Below, in pieces: positions 8,966-18,390 of a DNA stretch of 64,000 nucleotides. The stretch comes from a virus (Duplodnaviria > Heunggongvirae > Uroviricota > Caudoviricetes). A program made the position numbers and the translations under genes. Location: the IMG/VR virus record IMGVR_UViG_3300044712_000123. The stretch is one strand, 5' to 3'. Under the pieces are notes generated by a model, which ran no database searches, was not told the origin of the DNA, and saw only the letters and a list, made by a program, of their open reading frames with translations. Each line of letters opens with the position of its first letter. The stretch's first letter is position 1.

Positions 8966-9986
8966 AGCCTACTGCCCATTCAATCATGTCGGCGTGATCT
9001 TCAAACAGTTCTTCTCTCTTTAGATCAGAGATAGGCCGCCAGAGTGCTTTTTCAGCATCGTCACTGCCTTTTACTTTTGGCAGTTCGCCATCGGGCAATA
9101 CGATTTTGAAACAGTGTGTGATGATACGACCGCGTGGTGAGCGATCCACAGCATCAAAAACACGATTGTCAACAATACTACCACGCAGTACAGGACCGGG
9201 CACTTTGATTAAAGTTTCTTCACGCAACTCACGAATAGCCGCATCCAATACAGTCTTGTCAGTGTTTGCGTTAACATAACCACCGGGCAATGCCCACAAG
9301 CCTTTACCAGGTTCGCTACGGCGTTTAATCATCAACACGTGACCTGACTGAATCACAACACTATCCGCAGTAGAGAAGATTGGGGGATATGGCAGACTAG
9401 CATATTGCTTTTTGTAGTTAGCCACGAACTCACGCTCCTTGATGATTTGTTCAAACTCGGGAGTTTGGCTGAACTCATTCAGAAAATCATAAGTTGTTTG
9501 GGGCACGACACCGCGAATGAAACTCATGTTAACATCCCGTTTGAAATACAGGTCGCGAATGTTGACTGCACTGAGTGGTTCGATTTCTTCCACGTTCTCG
9601 TATTCCCATTGAGGGAACATATCGAGGTAGAAACTTGATTCGTCTTTCTTGTGACCGATCACACCGATCTTGCCACCGAGAGCACGATATTTACTAACGA
9701 TGCCTTGAACACGAATTGCCCATGCCTGGTCGTTGTAGATGGTGTCAATGTTTTCTTCAACATGAATTTGAATGCTCAAGCCTGAGGTAGCAGACTTAAT
9801 CATGTTGCGGCGTTCTTGACTAGTGAAGGGGTTTTTGTAAGTGCGAGGTTGAGCGGCTGAACCAGTGATGATAATCAGTTGTTCGCACAATGCGGTTGCA
9901 CGTTTCACAATCTCGCAGTGAGCATTGTGGAATGGTTGAAAGCGTCCAATGAGGACAAGAGTGTGATATTTTTTAGTGAATGACAT
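8946..9986 (-). CDS. nadM: bifunctional NMN adenylyltransferase / ADP-ribose pyrophosphatase (NadM-Nudix)
   Basis: IGRFQPFHNAH (HxGH-like), NPFT..ER, Nudix box GG...AIRELREET, SDDA. Confidence 0.93.
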   Translation of the reverse strand: MSFTKKYHTLVLIGRFQPFHNAHCEIVKRATALCEQLIIITGSAAQPRTYKNPFTSQERRNMIKSATSGLSIQIHVEENIDTIYNDQAWAIRVQGIVSKYRALGGKIGVIGHKKDESSFYLDMFPQWEYENVEEIEPLSAVNIRDLYFKRDVNMSFIRGVVPQTTYDFLNEFSQTPEFEQIIKEREFVANYKKQYASLPYPPIFSTADSVVIQSGHVLMIKRRSEPGKGLWALPGGYVNANTDKTVLDAAIRELREETLIKVPGPVLRGSIVDNRVFDAVDRSPRGRIITHCFKIVLPDGELPKVKGSDDAEKALWRPISDLKREELFEDHADMIEWAVGSTIGGN

Positions 9987-10005
9987 AGAAAAATCCTTTC
10001 TAAGT

Positions 10006-10033
10006 ATGTCAGCTTTGCGTCTATCGCTTGCTT
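10006..10033 (-). promoter_or_regulatory. candidate structured 5'-leader hairpin (AUAGA loop), copy 2, upstream of nadM
   Basis: AAGC-AA-GCG-AUAGA-CGC-AAA-GCU-GACAU. Confidence 0.6.
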
Positions 10034-10067
10034 TATGTTTCTATTATACTGCCAGCTTGATTAAATG

Positions 10068-10433
10068 TCAAGCCGATCGTACTCTTCGGGTACGTATAAT
10101 TTGAGTATTTTTACTCATTTCTTGGTACGCCACGTTGTCTTTGACCTTGTCTAAGTATTCCTTTGGAGGGGGAATAATACCCTTCTTACCAGTCACCGGA
10201 TCAATCAAGACCCAACGACCGTTAACTAATTGAGGATATGCTTTACCTTCAGCAAACAATGTAAGTTGGCGATACTCGGCTTCCGATACCATTACATCTT
10301 TTATGCTTGCTGGATACGAATCCTTGTTATCGCTGACCCAGTTAATCACATTAACCAAGTGACCAATGTCCATATCTTTAATCTTGACTTTACGACCATC
10401 AGCCGATCGCCAAGTTACATCACGATTGTGCAT
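10068..10433 (-). CDS. hypothetical phage protein
   Basis: WRSADGRKVKIKDMDIGHLVN motif; coupled to upstream ORF. Confidence 0.65.
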   Translation of the reverse strand: MHNRDVTWRSADGRKVKIKDMDIGHLVNVINWVSDNKDSYPASIKDVMVSEAEYRQLTLFAEGKAYPQLVNGRWVLIDPVTGKKGIIPPPKEYLDKVKDNVAYQEMSKNTQIIRTRRVRSA

Positions 10434-10759
10434 TAATAACCTCGGATCAATTTGAATGCAGTAAGGGTAGAAGCAATATCCATACCATGTTCGTCACAAT
10501 GGCAGATCATTTTCTGTGCTTTTCTCAGGTACTCAGTGTGAGCATAACCTGTCCAGTCGTCTTTTTTGTTTTTGAATTCATAGTGCCAACCGCAACCGTC
10601 TGTGTGGTTCTGATTGCAAAGCATATTATGCAACTCTTTTGCAAGTTGATGATCTGGTGATTCGAGTTTAGCCTCAATCAGTTGGGCTTGCAAGTCTTTG
10701 AGACCTTGCTCATGTTGTTTGATTTTTTCTTCGATGGCGAAGAGAGTTAATTTAGACAT
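10433..10759 (-). CDS. hypothetical phage protein (LHxxLCxxNHTDGCGW, possible metal binding)
   Basis: SD GAAAGGA; leader closely related to the nadM leader. Confidence 0.7.
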   Translation of the reverse strand: MSKLTLFAIEEKIKQHEQGLKDLQAQLIEAKLESPDHQLAKELHNMLCNQNHTDGCGWHYEFKNKKDDWTGYAHTEYLRKAQKMICHCDEHGMDIASTLTAFKLIRGY

Positions 10760-10777
10760 TGAAAAATCCTTTCAATA

Positions 10778-10806
10778 ATGTCAGCGCGGAGTCTATCTCG
10801 TTGCTT
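10778..10806 (-). promoter_or_regulatory. candidate structured 5'-leader hairpin (AUAGA loop), copy 3
   Basis: AAGC-AAC-GAG-AUAGA-CUC-CGC-GCU-GACAU; compensatory GCG/CGC to GAG/CUC change. Confidence 0.6.
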
Positions 10807-10855
10807 GTACTTTTATTTATCTTATTGTATCAGACTTTACTTTTTTCGTCAAGCC

Positions 10856-11104
10856 TTAGAAATAAGATTTACCAAGACCGTTGCACATAGAACCACCGTC
10901 AGCCTCGTAGTAAGCAGGGTTTGTACCGGGCATTGCCGAACGTCCTACTTCATAATAAGTTTCGTATGCAGGGACTTTTTTGACATAACCACGGGCACTA
11001 CGAACAGTCCCCATCTCAGCTTCTAACTCACGCACACGTGCCTCATATGTGTCACGGAGAGTTGACAATTCATTTTTGATTTCTTTGATGTTACGCATTT
11101 TCAA
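10856..11104 (-). CDS. hypothetical protein
   Basis: own promoter and SD. Confidence 0.6.
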   Translation of the reverse strand: MKMRNIKEIKNELSTLRDTYEARVRELEAEMGTVRSARGYVKKVPAYETYYEVGRSAMPGTNPAYYEADGGSMCNGLGKSYF

Positions 11105-11156
11105 CTCCTGTTCTTTACTGTCTATGAGTCTATTATATGCCCAAAACGATTTATTG

Positions 11157-11447
11157 TCAATCCTTTTTCATAGAGTAGAACTGAATTTCTGTACCAAACA
11201 ATGTGATGGCAAAACCGCGTACTTTCGCATTAGTTGGACGACGGAAGCCGAACATCTTAGTGCCTTCTGCGACATCCAAGTCCCAACCCACTACCGCCAA
11301 CAGGAACATGAATGCGATCAGTACGATGCTGATAGGCCAAAACACGCTGAGAGTCAGAACTACGCGGAGTTCTTCATGCGGAGCACGAACTGCGAACATG
11401 CTTGCCATCACCACAACACCTACCAAATATGCTACGATCATTTCCAT
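11157..11447 (-). CDS. membrane protein
   Basis: two hydrophobic segments, including LSVFWPISIV; own promoter and SD. Confidence 0.7.
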   Translation of the reverse strand: MEMIVAYLVGVVVMASMFAVRAPHEELRVVLTLSVFWPISIVLIAFMFLLAVVGWDLDVAEGTKMFGFRRPTNAKVRGFAITLFGTEIQFYSMKKD

Positions 11448-11505
11448 TATTAACTCCTGTTTGTTGCTGTCTATGTATCTATTATACAACCAAACTGATT
11501 AAATG

Positions 11506-11703
11506 TCAACTTTTGGGCAAGCGATTTTGCTTTAATCTCCAAAAAAGTCGCCAAAGTCTTGACTGTTTTGTCCGGTGTAGGCTCTTCGTTCCTGTCCAAA
11601 ACCTTCCGCCTTCTTCCATACGGCCAAAGGGCTTTGCTTTGGGCTGACCCTTCAGTAGTTTTTCGGCAATGCGTTCGTAAGTAGTCATTTTTGTGTACAT
11701 CAC
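11506..11703 (-). CDS. small basic hypothetical protein
   Basis: ORF coupled to upstream gene. Confidence 0.5.
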   Translation of the reverse strand: MMYTKMTTYERIAEKLLKGQPKAKPFGRMEEGGRFWTGTKSLHRTKQSRLWRLFWRLKQNRLPKS

Positions 11704-12074
11704 AGATTCAACAATTCACGTTCTTCGGCAGTCAGTAATTCATTGACCTTACGCAATGCTTCCTTCTTAACTTCTGCCACACGCTTGCGTTCGGCGAGTT
11801 CTGCTTCATAGTGATCCAACTCTGATTCCAACGATTCTAATTGCGCTTGGCTATTAGGACTGTGTGCGTATGCCAACGTCACGGTGCGGGCATAACTATC
11901 GCGGGGTTGAACTTGAAACTTGTTATCGACCACACTGAGTTCAAAGTATGCGTTGGTAGCACGTGCCAGAACATTCATCAAACGCTGAGGATACTCGGCA
12001 ACTTGATTTGCGAGGTATGTCTCACGCTCTTGGGCGTATCGTGCATTACGCTGTGCTACTGTTTCACGTGCCAT
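11700..12074 (-). CDS. hypothetical phage protein
   Basis: own promoter, SD AAAGGAG; ends LTAEERELLNL. Confidence 0.7.
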   Translation of the reverse strand: MARETVAQRNARYAQERETYLANQVAEYPQRLMNVLARATNAYFELSVVDNKFQVQPRDSYARTVTLAYAHSPNSQAQLESLESELDHYEAELAERKRVAEVKKEALRKVNELLTAEERELLNL

Positions 12075-12145
12075 CTTCAACTCCTTTAATCAATCTATAG
12101 ACATAGTATATCACTTTGCCCATTTATTGTCAAATTTTTAGCCAT

Positions 12146-12174
12146 AAAAAAAGAGTACTTTCGTACTCTTTTTT
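12146..12174. terminator. intrinsic terminator (bidirectional form)
   Basis: AAAAAAGAGTAC-TTTC-GTACTCTTTTTT after rIIB. Confidence 0.8.
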
Positions 12175-12187
12175 AAGTCAGTAACTA

Positions 12188-13234
12188 TTACTGATTAGGG
12201 AAGGGCCAAGCACCAGTTGCTTTTGGAGCCGCTTGCTTAGTGACATACTGATAGCGAGGGCTGAGACCCAATTCACTATCATTGTCACCCTTTTCAAAGC
12301 CTTCTTCATAGTCAAGGTTAGAACGAGTGCTAGGAGAAAACTCTTTGCCGTCGTAACCATCAGTGTAACCACGATAGAATTCAGTAGAACCTTGCTTTGG
12401 ACCAGTTGAAACATTTTGTGTTTCATTCCAACGCTTCACAAACTCAGGGTCAGCAGTGACGACTGGCTTAGCAATGTTGTTACTGGCGTTAGCTTGAACA
12501 GGCTTGTTGAAAGCATTGTCAATCTTGTCACCGTCGTTGCCGATTTCACCGACAACTTCATAACGACATGCACGACCTTTAGCGTTGTTGTAGTCACTAG
12601 GGATAGAGACCACATCTGCTGGGTTGATCTTCACGATAACAACACGGCTATCGTAACCATTGCCAAAGTGTGGCAGATAATCTTGTGAACAGAAGTGCAA
12701 ACCAGTAGAACAAGTTTGATCCTTGTTGTCATCAACTTCGTTGCGTTCCATTTCAACAACTTTGCCAACACTGTTGTCCATAGTGCCACTGTGAATGTCC
12801 AAGTAGTCGTTACGAACTTTCTTGTAAGCCAAGAAATGACCATCGGGAGTGATTGGCAAACTGTTCTTTTCCAAGAAGCCATACAACTCAGTGACAGCCC
12901 GCTTAGATGGGTTAGTCATCAAGTTTTCCATGAAGTTGACCAGAGGTTCAACAGGGAAGCCTTCTTGCAACATTGCAATCATTCGGCTAGTCAATGCATT
13001 GTGCATTGGCTTGCCTTTCCAGAACAGTTCCTCGCCCTTGACACTCACGTTACCTTTGCCATAGTTGAGAACAACCTTGACTGGTTCGATAATGTCTTTA
13101 ACCAAAGCCCAATCTTGGGCCTTGATAGCGTCCAACACTTTCTGGAAAGTGATGTGTGATTTAGAAATAGTGTGGGGCTTAGAACCAATAACAACTGTGA
13201 TGCTGTTGCCCTGCATGATAAACGGATAGCTCAT
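12188..13234 (-). CDS. rIIB: RIIB lysis-inhibition/anti-exclusion protein
   Basis: NPSKRAVTELYGFL, ITPDGHFLAYK, CSTGLHFCS, VKINPADVVSIP..Y...KGRAC.Y.V; directly follows rIIA. Confidence 0.9.
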   Translation of the reverse strand: MSYPFIMQGNSITVVIGSKPHTISKSHITFQKVLDAIKAQDWALVKDIIEPVKVVLNYGKGNVSVKGEELFWKGKPMHNALTSRMIAMLQEGFPVEPLVNFMENLMTNPSKRAVTELYGFLEKNSLPITPDGHFLAYKKVRNDYLDIHSGTMDNSVGKVVEMERNEVDDNKDQTCSTGLHFCSQDYLPHFGNGYDSRVVIVKINPADVVSIPSDYNNAKGRACRYEVVGEIGNDGDKIDNAFNKPVQANASNNIAKPVVTADPEFVKRWNETQNVSTGPKQGSTEFYRGYTDGYDGKEFSPSTRSNLDYEEGFEKGDNDSELGLSPRYQYVTKQAAPKATGAWPFPNQ

Positions 13235-13236
13235 TT

Positions 13237-15402
13237 TTAGACTCCTTTAGTCTGGTCGATCAAATTAATATACTCTGCCAAGTCAGCACCTTCAGTGCTG
13301 TATTTGCTGATGCCTTTGATAAGCGGGTAACGCTTAAAAATTGCTTCAACTTCTTTGTTGTACTTATCAATCAAACTTGCTGGATCAACATTTGTCGATG
13401 TTGCAACTTTGTACTGTCGGCACAACCATTCCAAACTCTGACGCAATGATTGGTCAGATTCTTTCACATCCTTGAAAGTGTTGAACAACACCATGTAAGG
13501 ACTAGATTTGTTTGCAATGTGTTTAGTAGCATTATACTGGAAGAGTTCTTTCCAGTCAATACTTTGTTTGACCAAACCCATCACATCTGCCTGACCCAAC
13601 TTAGCCAGCTTACCCTTAACGTGTTCGTCAAGGTTAACCCAGTTCTTTTGAGCCTTGATAGCTTCAATGTCACCTTTACGCACGCCGTAAATGTCTTGAG
13701 TGTAGATACCTGCTTTACGCAAGTGAATCTCCAATTGCTTGACATCCTCAACAATACCGAGGTTCTTGTAACCACTCAGAGGCAAGTAGTAGTAAGTTTG
13801 TTTAGCGTCAAAGCTAGAAGCCTTGCCACCATCACGCCAAACCATTTCACCGCGATCACGCCAGCTACGATTACGACCTTCTTCCAATCGCATGATAGTA
13901 ACGTTCTGACCGATACCGCTTGCACGTTCTTTTTCGAGCAAAGAACTAGCCTTCAGAATCTTGTCTTCGGGAGGAGTAGATAATGCCTTGAAGAATGCAT
14001 TAGTCAGCATTGGCTTAGACTTATCAGCAGCCTCAATCACATACACATTGGAATTGTGACTCTTGCTTTTGTTAGCATCGGTACTGTTCTTCCAGTGAAA
14101 CTTTGCACGTTCAGTAGCACCAACTTTAGTATCGTTAACAACAAAGTAAACGTCATCACTTACGCGAATTTCCCATTCGTCAGTGAACACGTTGTTGTTC
14201 GCGACCGTTGTGTAAGAATGAGTAGGCTTGAGTGTAGAACACACGTTGTAACTGCGGCTCTTAGAAAAGCCACGAATCACCATGTTGTAGTCTTTAGCCA
14301 AGTCCTTGACTTCAAACTTGAATTGTTTCATCGCATTCCAACGATTGAGTTGAGGCGTGTACAATTCAAACTTAGTGTCAGTCACGTACTTAACCACAGC
14401 CTGATTGAACAGGTGTTCCTGAAAACGCTTTTCCAAGTAACCAGCACGTTCCCACAAGTTGGTGATCTTGTCAGCCTCTTGTGCAATGTGAGTTGCCAAT
14501 TGTGCGTTCAACTGCTCCAACTTAGTTTTGATAGCGTTGACAGTTTGTGGGATGTAGCTCAGACCTTCACGTGATGCTTGGAAGTCAAGTTCACCGATGT
14601 TGAACTCCATGACCAGACCGCAGTGCAACAGACCTTGCAAACCACCGAGTGACTTTTCAGCACTAGGAATGTCAGTCAATGGATACTTGATGTTACCCAT
14701 GATAGCATAGCTATGGTTGTTGTCAGAGTAGTGAACACCAGGGATGATGTTCATTTCTTTGTAAGAAGGATCTTTGAATTTGAAATCACTGTTACCAGAG
14801 ACTACTGGACGCAGTTTGAAATATTCGTAAACATATCGAGCCTCGTCACGGAACTTGCTAAAGTCGTAACGTTCCTCAACTGCAAAACGAACCTCAACAC
14901 CTGCTGGCTCAGTAGTTTGTTCATCCATCATTTTTGCGATAGATGGAACACCTTGTTCGTTGATGAAGGCTGTGTAAATACCTTTAATGCCGTCTTTAAT
15001 CGCGGTAACGGTGAAGTTGTCAGTGTAAGAGAACGGGCTTTTAGATCCCAGACCAAGTGCACCGATGAATTCGTTACTCGCTGTTTTAGTACTTTCAAAG
15101 TAAGTGGTGTAGATGTTTGTGACTTGGTCCGCAGAAAGACCTGTTCCGTAGTCACGGATCGAGAACCAGGGTTCGAGACTGTTGGGCAAGTGAACGTCAA
15201 AGGGGGTGTCTTGCTTGCCAGCTGCCGTATGTGAGTCCACAGCGTTGCAGGACAATTCTCGGATGATTGCTCGGACTTTGTTTGCATAGAGACCTGAGGA
15301 AAGAATGTTGAAAGCCTTCGCACTATTGCGAATGCGAAACTCACCAATCTCGCCTACGTTAGACATGATTGCTTCGTTTTGGGGAGCAGCATTGATAATC
15401 AT
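13237..15402 (-). CDS. rIIA: RIIA protein (N-terminal GHKL/HSP90-like ATPase)
   Basis: ILSSGLY, IRELSCNAVDSH, IRDYGTGL, STK, IGALGLGSKSPFSY, ASREGLSY. Confidence 0.9.
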   Translation of the reverse strand: MIINAAPQNEAIMSNVGEIGEFRIRNSAKAFNILSSGLYANKVRAIIRELSCNAVDSHTAAGKQDTPFDVHLPNSLEPWFSIRDYGTGLSADQVTNIYTTYFESTKTASNEFIGALGLGSKSPFSYTDNFTVTAIKDGIKGIYTAFINEQGVPSIAKMMDEQTTEPAGVEVRFAVEERYDFSKFRDEARYVYEYFKLRPVVSGNSDFKFKDPSYKEMNIIPGVHYSDNNHSYAIMGNIKYPLTDIPSAEKSLGGLQGLLHCGLVMEFNIGELDFQASREGLSYIPQTVNAIKTKLEQLNAQLATHIAQEADKITNLWERAGYLEKRFQEHLFNQAVVKYVTDTKFELYTPQLNRWNAMKQFKFEVKDLAKDYNMVIRGFSKSRSYNVCSTLKPTHSYTTVANNNVFTDEWEIRVSDDVYFVVNDTKVGATERAKFHWKNSTDANKSKSHNSNVYVIEAADKSKPMLTNAFFKALSTPPEDKILKASSLLEKERASGIGQNVTIMRLEEGRNRSWRDRGEMVWRDGGKASSFDAKQTYYYLPLSGYKNLGIVEDVKQLEIHLRKAGIYTQDIYGVRKGDIEAIKAQKNWVNLDEHVKGKLAKLGQADVMGLVKQSIDWKELFQYNATKHIANKSSPYMVLFNTFKDVKESDQSLRQSLEWLCRQYKVATSTNVDPASLIDKYNKEVEAIFKRYPLIKGISKYSTEGADLAEYINLIDQTKGV

Positions 15403-15460
15403 TTAAAGTTCCTGTGTTTCAGTGTCAATACAAGTATTGTATCAGAGTTTGGATTTATTG

Positions 15461-15634
15461 TCAACCAATAGAGTGAAGTTCTGCCATTTCCTGTGTCAGT
15501 GCATCAATCTCGGCGCACATGGTATCACAGTAACGGTCCATACCGTCAACTTGATTCAAAAGTTCTACCGCTTGTTCAAGTTTCCAAATAGCTTGTTGAA
15601 TCTTGGAAATGTCAGCTTTGATATCTTGATCCAT
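15461..15634 (-). CDS. 57-aa hypothetical protein (not in ORF track)
   Basis: promoter 15667-15695, SD AAAGGA, MDQDIKADISKIQQAIWKLEQ...LHSIG; stop lies in the next promoter's TTGACA. Confidence 0.65.
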   Translation of the reverse strand: MDQDIKADISKIQQAIWKLEQAVELLNQVDGMDRYCDTMCAEIDALTQEMAELHSIG

Positions 15635-15708
15635 TTACTGTCCTTTAGTTGACTGTCTAAGATTCTATTATATACCCAAAGTGATTTATTGTCAAATTTT
15701 GGGTGAAA

Positions 15709-15999
15709 TTATTTTAGAAACGATTTTATTACTTTTTTAAGTGCTTTCTCAACCTCTTGGGCCACTCGCTCTTTAACTTCTCGCTCAACCCTAGTGCGGG
15801 CTTGATTGGATACATTAGCCTTGATTGCTTTCATAATCCATTCAATGGATTTATCTTGCACAGTATAATCGCCTTCAACTGGAAACACATAACGGTATTG
15901 GTCACTCTCTGAAAAGAAAGGATCAACCCACCACAATTTACCCATGAACTCCTCTTGAGTGAAGCCGATAGATACCAGGAAGTTTTCGTTCTCAGTCAT
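15709..15999 (-). CDS. hypothetical protein
   Basis: ORF downstream of 16001 gene; ATG at 15999. Confidence 0.6.
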   Translation of the reverse strand: MTENENFLVSIGFTQEEFMGKLWWVDPFFSESDQYRYVFPVEGDYTVQDKSIEWIMKAIKANVSNQARTRVEREVKERVAQEVEKALKKVIKSFLK

Positions 16000-16000
16000 A

Positions 16001-16483
16001 TTAAGCCTTAACAGTAGAGCGAGGATCGTTGATTGTCTTTGCAGTGCCACCTTCAGTTGGACGCACGGTCAGTTTGCGGTTCATGATACCGTAACTTGCT
16101 TGAAAGGGCTTCTTGTCAATCTTTTCAACGACACATGGAATCACTTCGTTTTTAGAGGAGATATAGATAGTGTCGCCGACAAAAATCTCTTTGTTGAAAC
16201 GATCAAACGGGACGCACATATCCATGTAGTCATCTCCGTAAGACACACCTTCTTCGGAGATAACGGTGTTGCGGTAGTCATTGCGTTGAACACGCTCATT
16301 CTGTTCAAGCATCCAGATGCCTTCGTATTTGCCACTAATCTTGGCAACGATTGTGTGACTGTCCCAACCCTCTTTTACAAACTGTTCAGGGTAATCTTGA
16401 AAACCAATCTGAATGCCCTCACCAACCAGACCCTTCATAGGACCAGAAAGTACTTTGTAACGATGAATACGAATTCGGCTCAT
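16001..16483 (-). CDS. hypothetical protein
   Basis: own promoter and SD AAGGA. Confidence 0.65.
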   Translation of the reverse strand: MSRIRIHRYKVLSGPMKGLVGEGIQIGFQDYPEQFVKEGWDSHTIVAKISGKYEGIWMLEQNERVQRNDYRNTVISEEGVSYGDDYMDMCVPFDRFNKEIFVGDTIYISSKNEVIPCVVEKIDKKPFQASYGIMNRKLTVRPTEGGTAKTINDPRSTVKA

Positions 16484-16540
16484 TTTGTTTCCTTGTCTTG
16501 ACTGTCTAAGATTCTATTATATACCCAAAACAATTTATTG

Positions 16541-16756
16541 TCAAATATAGAAAGGGGTATCAAAACCAAGTTTGATGTAAACACACTCACGGACTGCGGT
16601 ATCAGTAGCTTCGCCAAAGTCTTCAGGAAAACGCTCAGCCAAACTACGGAGTTCAGCAAGAACTTGAGGCCAATCCATTTTGAGTATTTTAGCACTACGC
16701 ACGATTGCGTCAACTGCATCATTACCGAAACCTGTGTACATTGAGTAGTTAGCCAT
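16541..16756 (-). CDS. hypothetical phage protein (MYTGFGNDAV...EATDTAVRE)
   Basis: own promoter and SD. Confidence 0.7.
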   Translation of the reverse strand: MANYSMYTGFGNDAVDAIVRSAKILKMDWPQVLAELRSLAERFPEDFGEATDTAVRECVYIKLGFDTPFYI

Positions 16757-16816
16757 CTTCGAGTCCTTTAATCAATCTATACATGTATTATATGCCCAAA
16801 CTGATTTATTGTCAAG

Positions 16817-16844
16817 AAAAAAAGCCCCTTTTTATCGGGGCTTT
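16817..16844 (-). terminator. intrinsic terminator
   Basis: AAAGCCCC...GGGGCTTT hairpin followed by a U-tract on the minus strand. Confidence 0.75.
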
Positions 16845-16856
16845 AAAATGAGTACT

Positions 16857-17057
16857 TTAGATTCTACCGCGGTAGTCAGCGATCATGTACCAATCAGGAA
16901 CTTCCTTTGCAGTGTTCTTGCTGTTGAAGTCCTTGCAATACTGACGGGCTTCTTCTTCGTTATCAAAGTAGATGGTTTCATCTATTTTGCTACCCCAACC
17001 ACGTTCATATTCAATGAGGTCTACCCTATAACCAACGGGACGATTAATCTGTGCCAT
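16857..17057 (-). CDS. hypothetical phage protein (EYERGWGSKID...PDWY)
   Basis: own promoter and SD. Confidence 0.7.
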   Translation of the reverse strand: MAQINRPVGYRVDLIEYERGWGSKIDETIYFDNEEEARQYCKDFNSKNTAKEVPDWYMIADYRGRI

Positions 17058-17123
17058 CTTGAGTTCCTTTCTCGGGGGTTAATAACTACTGTGATTACAG
17101 TTTAACAGAGAAAGGATTTATTG

Positions 17124-17936
17124 TCAAGTGAAATCAATCTTCTCGGCAATTAGATAACCGATGCCATCACGTGATTTTGTGTTGTATGTTGCAAGAACCT
17201 TGATAGGAGTCTGTGCATACTTTTCTAACAACGACACTAGGATGTTTTCTTGTTGAACAGTGAATGTGACCAAGTTGTTTTCTTCATCAGTGAACCAGAA
17301 CTCTTTACGCTTAGAATACTTTGTGCCAGTCAAGAATACATTTTGCAATGTCAATGTCTTTGTCTTGCGAACACTTCTAGTTTGTTGAGTAGTGGTGCGA
17401 TTGAATTGCCTGACCATTTCATCAAACTTGATATCATAGTCATAGAACTCAGGCAAACGATATGCAAGAGGACGAATATTGTCTTTGAATACTTTACCAT
17501 CACTGTGAACCAGTGAACTCATGTCTTGGCGGAACTTAGAAAGATTCACACCTTTCAGATTCCACATTACAATCTTCTTACTGTAGTAGTCACGAATAGT
17601 ATCTGCACGTTGACGATCTTCCGGTGTCAAGTGGTCAAACAAAACCTTATCAGTTATACTAGTTGCACCTACATACTTAGAGTTGTCAATCTTAGCCTCT
17701 TTGCGCAAACGTTGCCATGTTGCACTCAATGCAATCAAGTCTTCTGTTATCTCGATTACCTCATAACGTTTGATGTTTGGGTTGTCCCAATCACTACTAA
17801 CGCTGATACTTGCAAAAGGGTTACTAAGATTACCAAGAGTTAGTCCAGGACCAGAAACGTTACTGAGAGTAATGTTATTAGTGATGGATCCTGAACCAAG
17901 GATTCCTTTAATTTGAGAGAGAGTGTTATTAGCCAA
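17124..17936 (-). CDS. hypothetical phage protein
   Basis: long ORF overlapping the uvsY end; TTG start inferred. Confidence 0.65.
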   Translation of the reverse strand: MANNTLSQIKGILGSGSITNNITLSNVSGPGLTLGNLSNPFASISVSSDWDNPNIKRYEVIEITEDLIALSATWQRLRKEAKIDNSKYVGATSITDKVLFDHLTPEDRQRADTIRDYYSKKIVMWNLKGVNLSKFRQDMSSLVHSDGKVFKDNIRPLAYRLPEFYDYDIKFDEMVRQFNRTTTQQTRSVRKTKTLTLQNVFLTGTKYSKRKEFWFTDEENNLVTFTVQQENILVSLLEKYAQTPIKVLATYNTKSRDGIGYLIAEKIDFT

Positions 17937-18390
17937 TTGTGATATCTTCCATTCCAGCAGTACGTAAACGAACAATATGGCCCATCTGCCACTGCTTGGC
18001 TTCAAGACCTTTCATCACACCTAACCATTTGTTACGCAACAATGCAACTTCGTTAATCAACACTTCCATGTCAATCACTTCGTCTTCACCATCTACATAC
18101 TTCTCGGCAGTGCGATCACTTAAAGCTCTATTATACGCTTCTAAATACTTTTGAAAATGTTTTCGGCGAATTTTCCTAAGTTGTATGTTCAGATATTGAA
18201 GCACCGCTTCAATCTCTTGTAGTTGATTGAAACGGTGTTCTGTTACTCCTGGGATAGCAGCAATGTTCTTTTCAACATTGCCCGTAACCTTAACTTCACT
18301 CTTCGCCGAAATCAATTCAGATTCGTAATGACTGATGAAATCGGGTATCACTCCTAAATTAGCAGTGATTCTAGTGTACCAGTTTGTCAT
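17929..18390 (-). CDS. uvsY: UvsY-like recombination mediator
   Basis: helical protein with KYLEAYNRAL..AEKYVDGE..WQMGHIVRLRTAGMED; located next to uvsX. Confidence 0.75.
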   Translation of the reverse strand: MTNWYTRITANLGVIPDFISHYESELISAKSEVKVTGNVEKNIAAIPGVTEHRFNQLQEIEAVLQYLNIQLRKIRRKHFQKYLEAYNRALSDRTAEKYVDGEDEVIDMEVLINEVALLRNKWLGVMKGLEAKQWQMGHIVRLRTAGMEDITIG

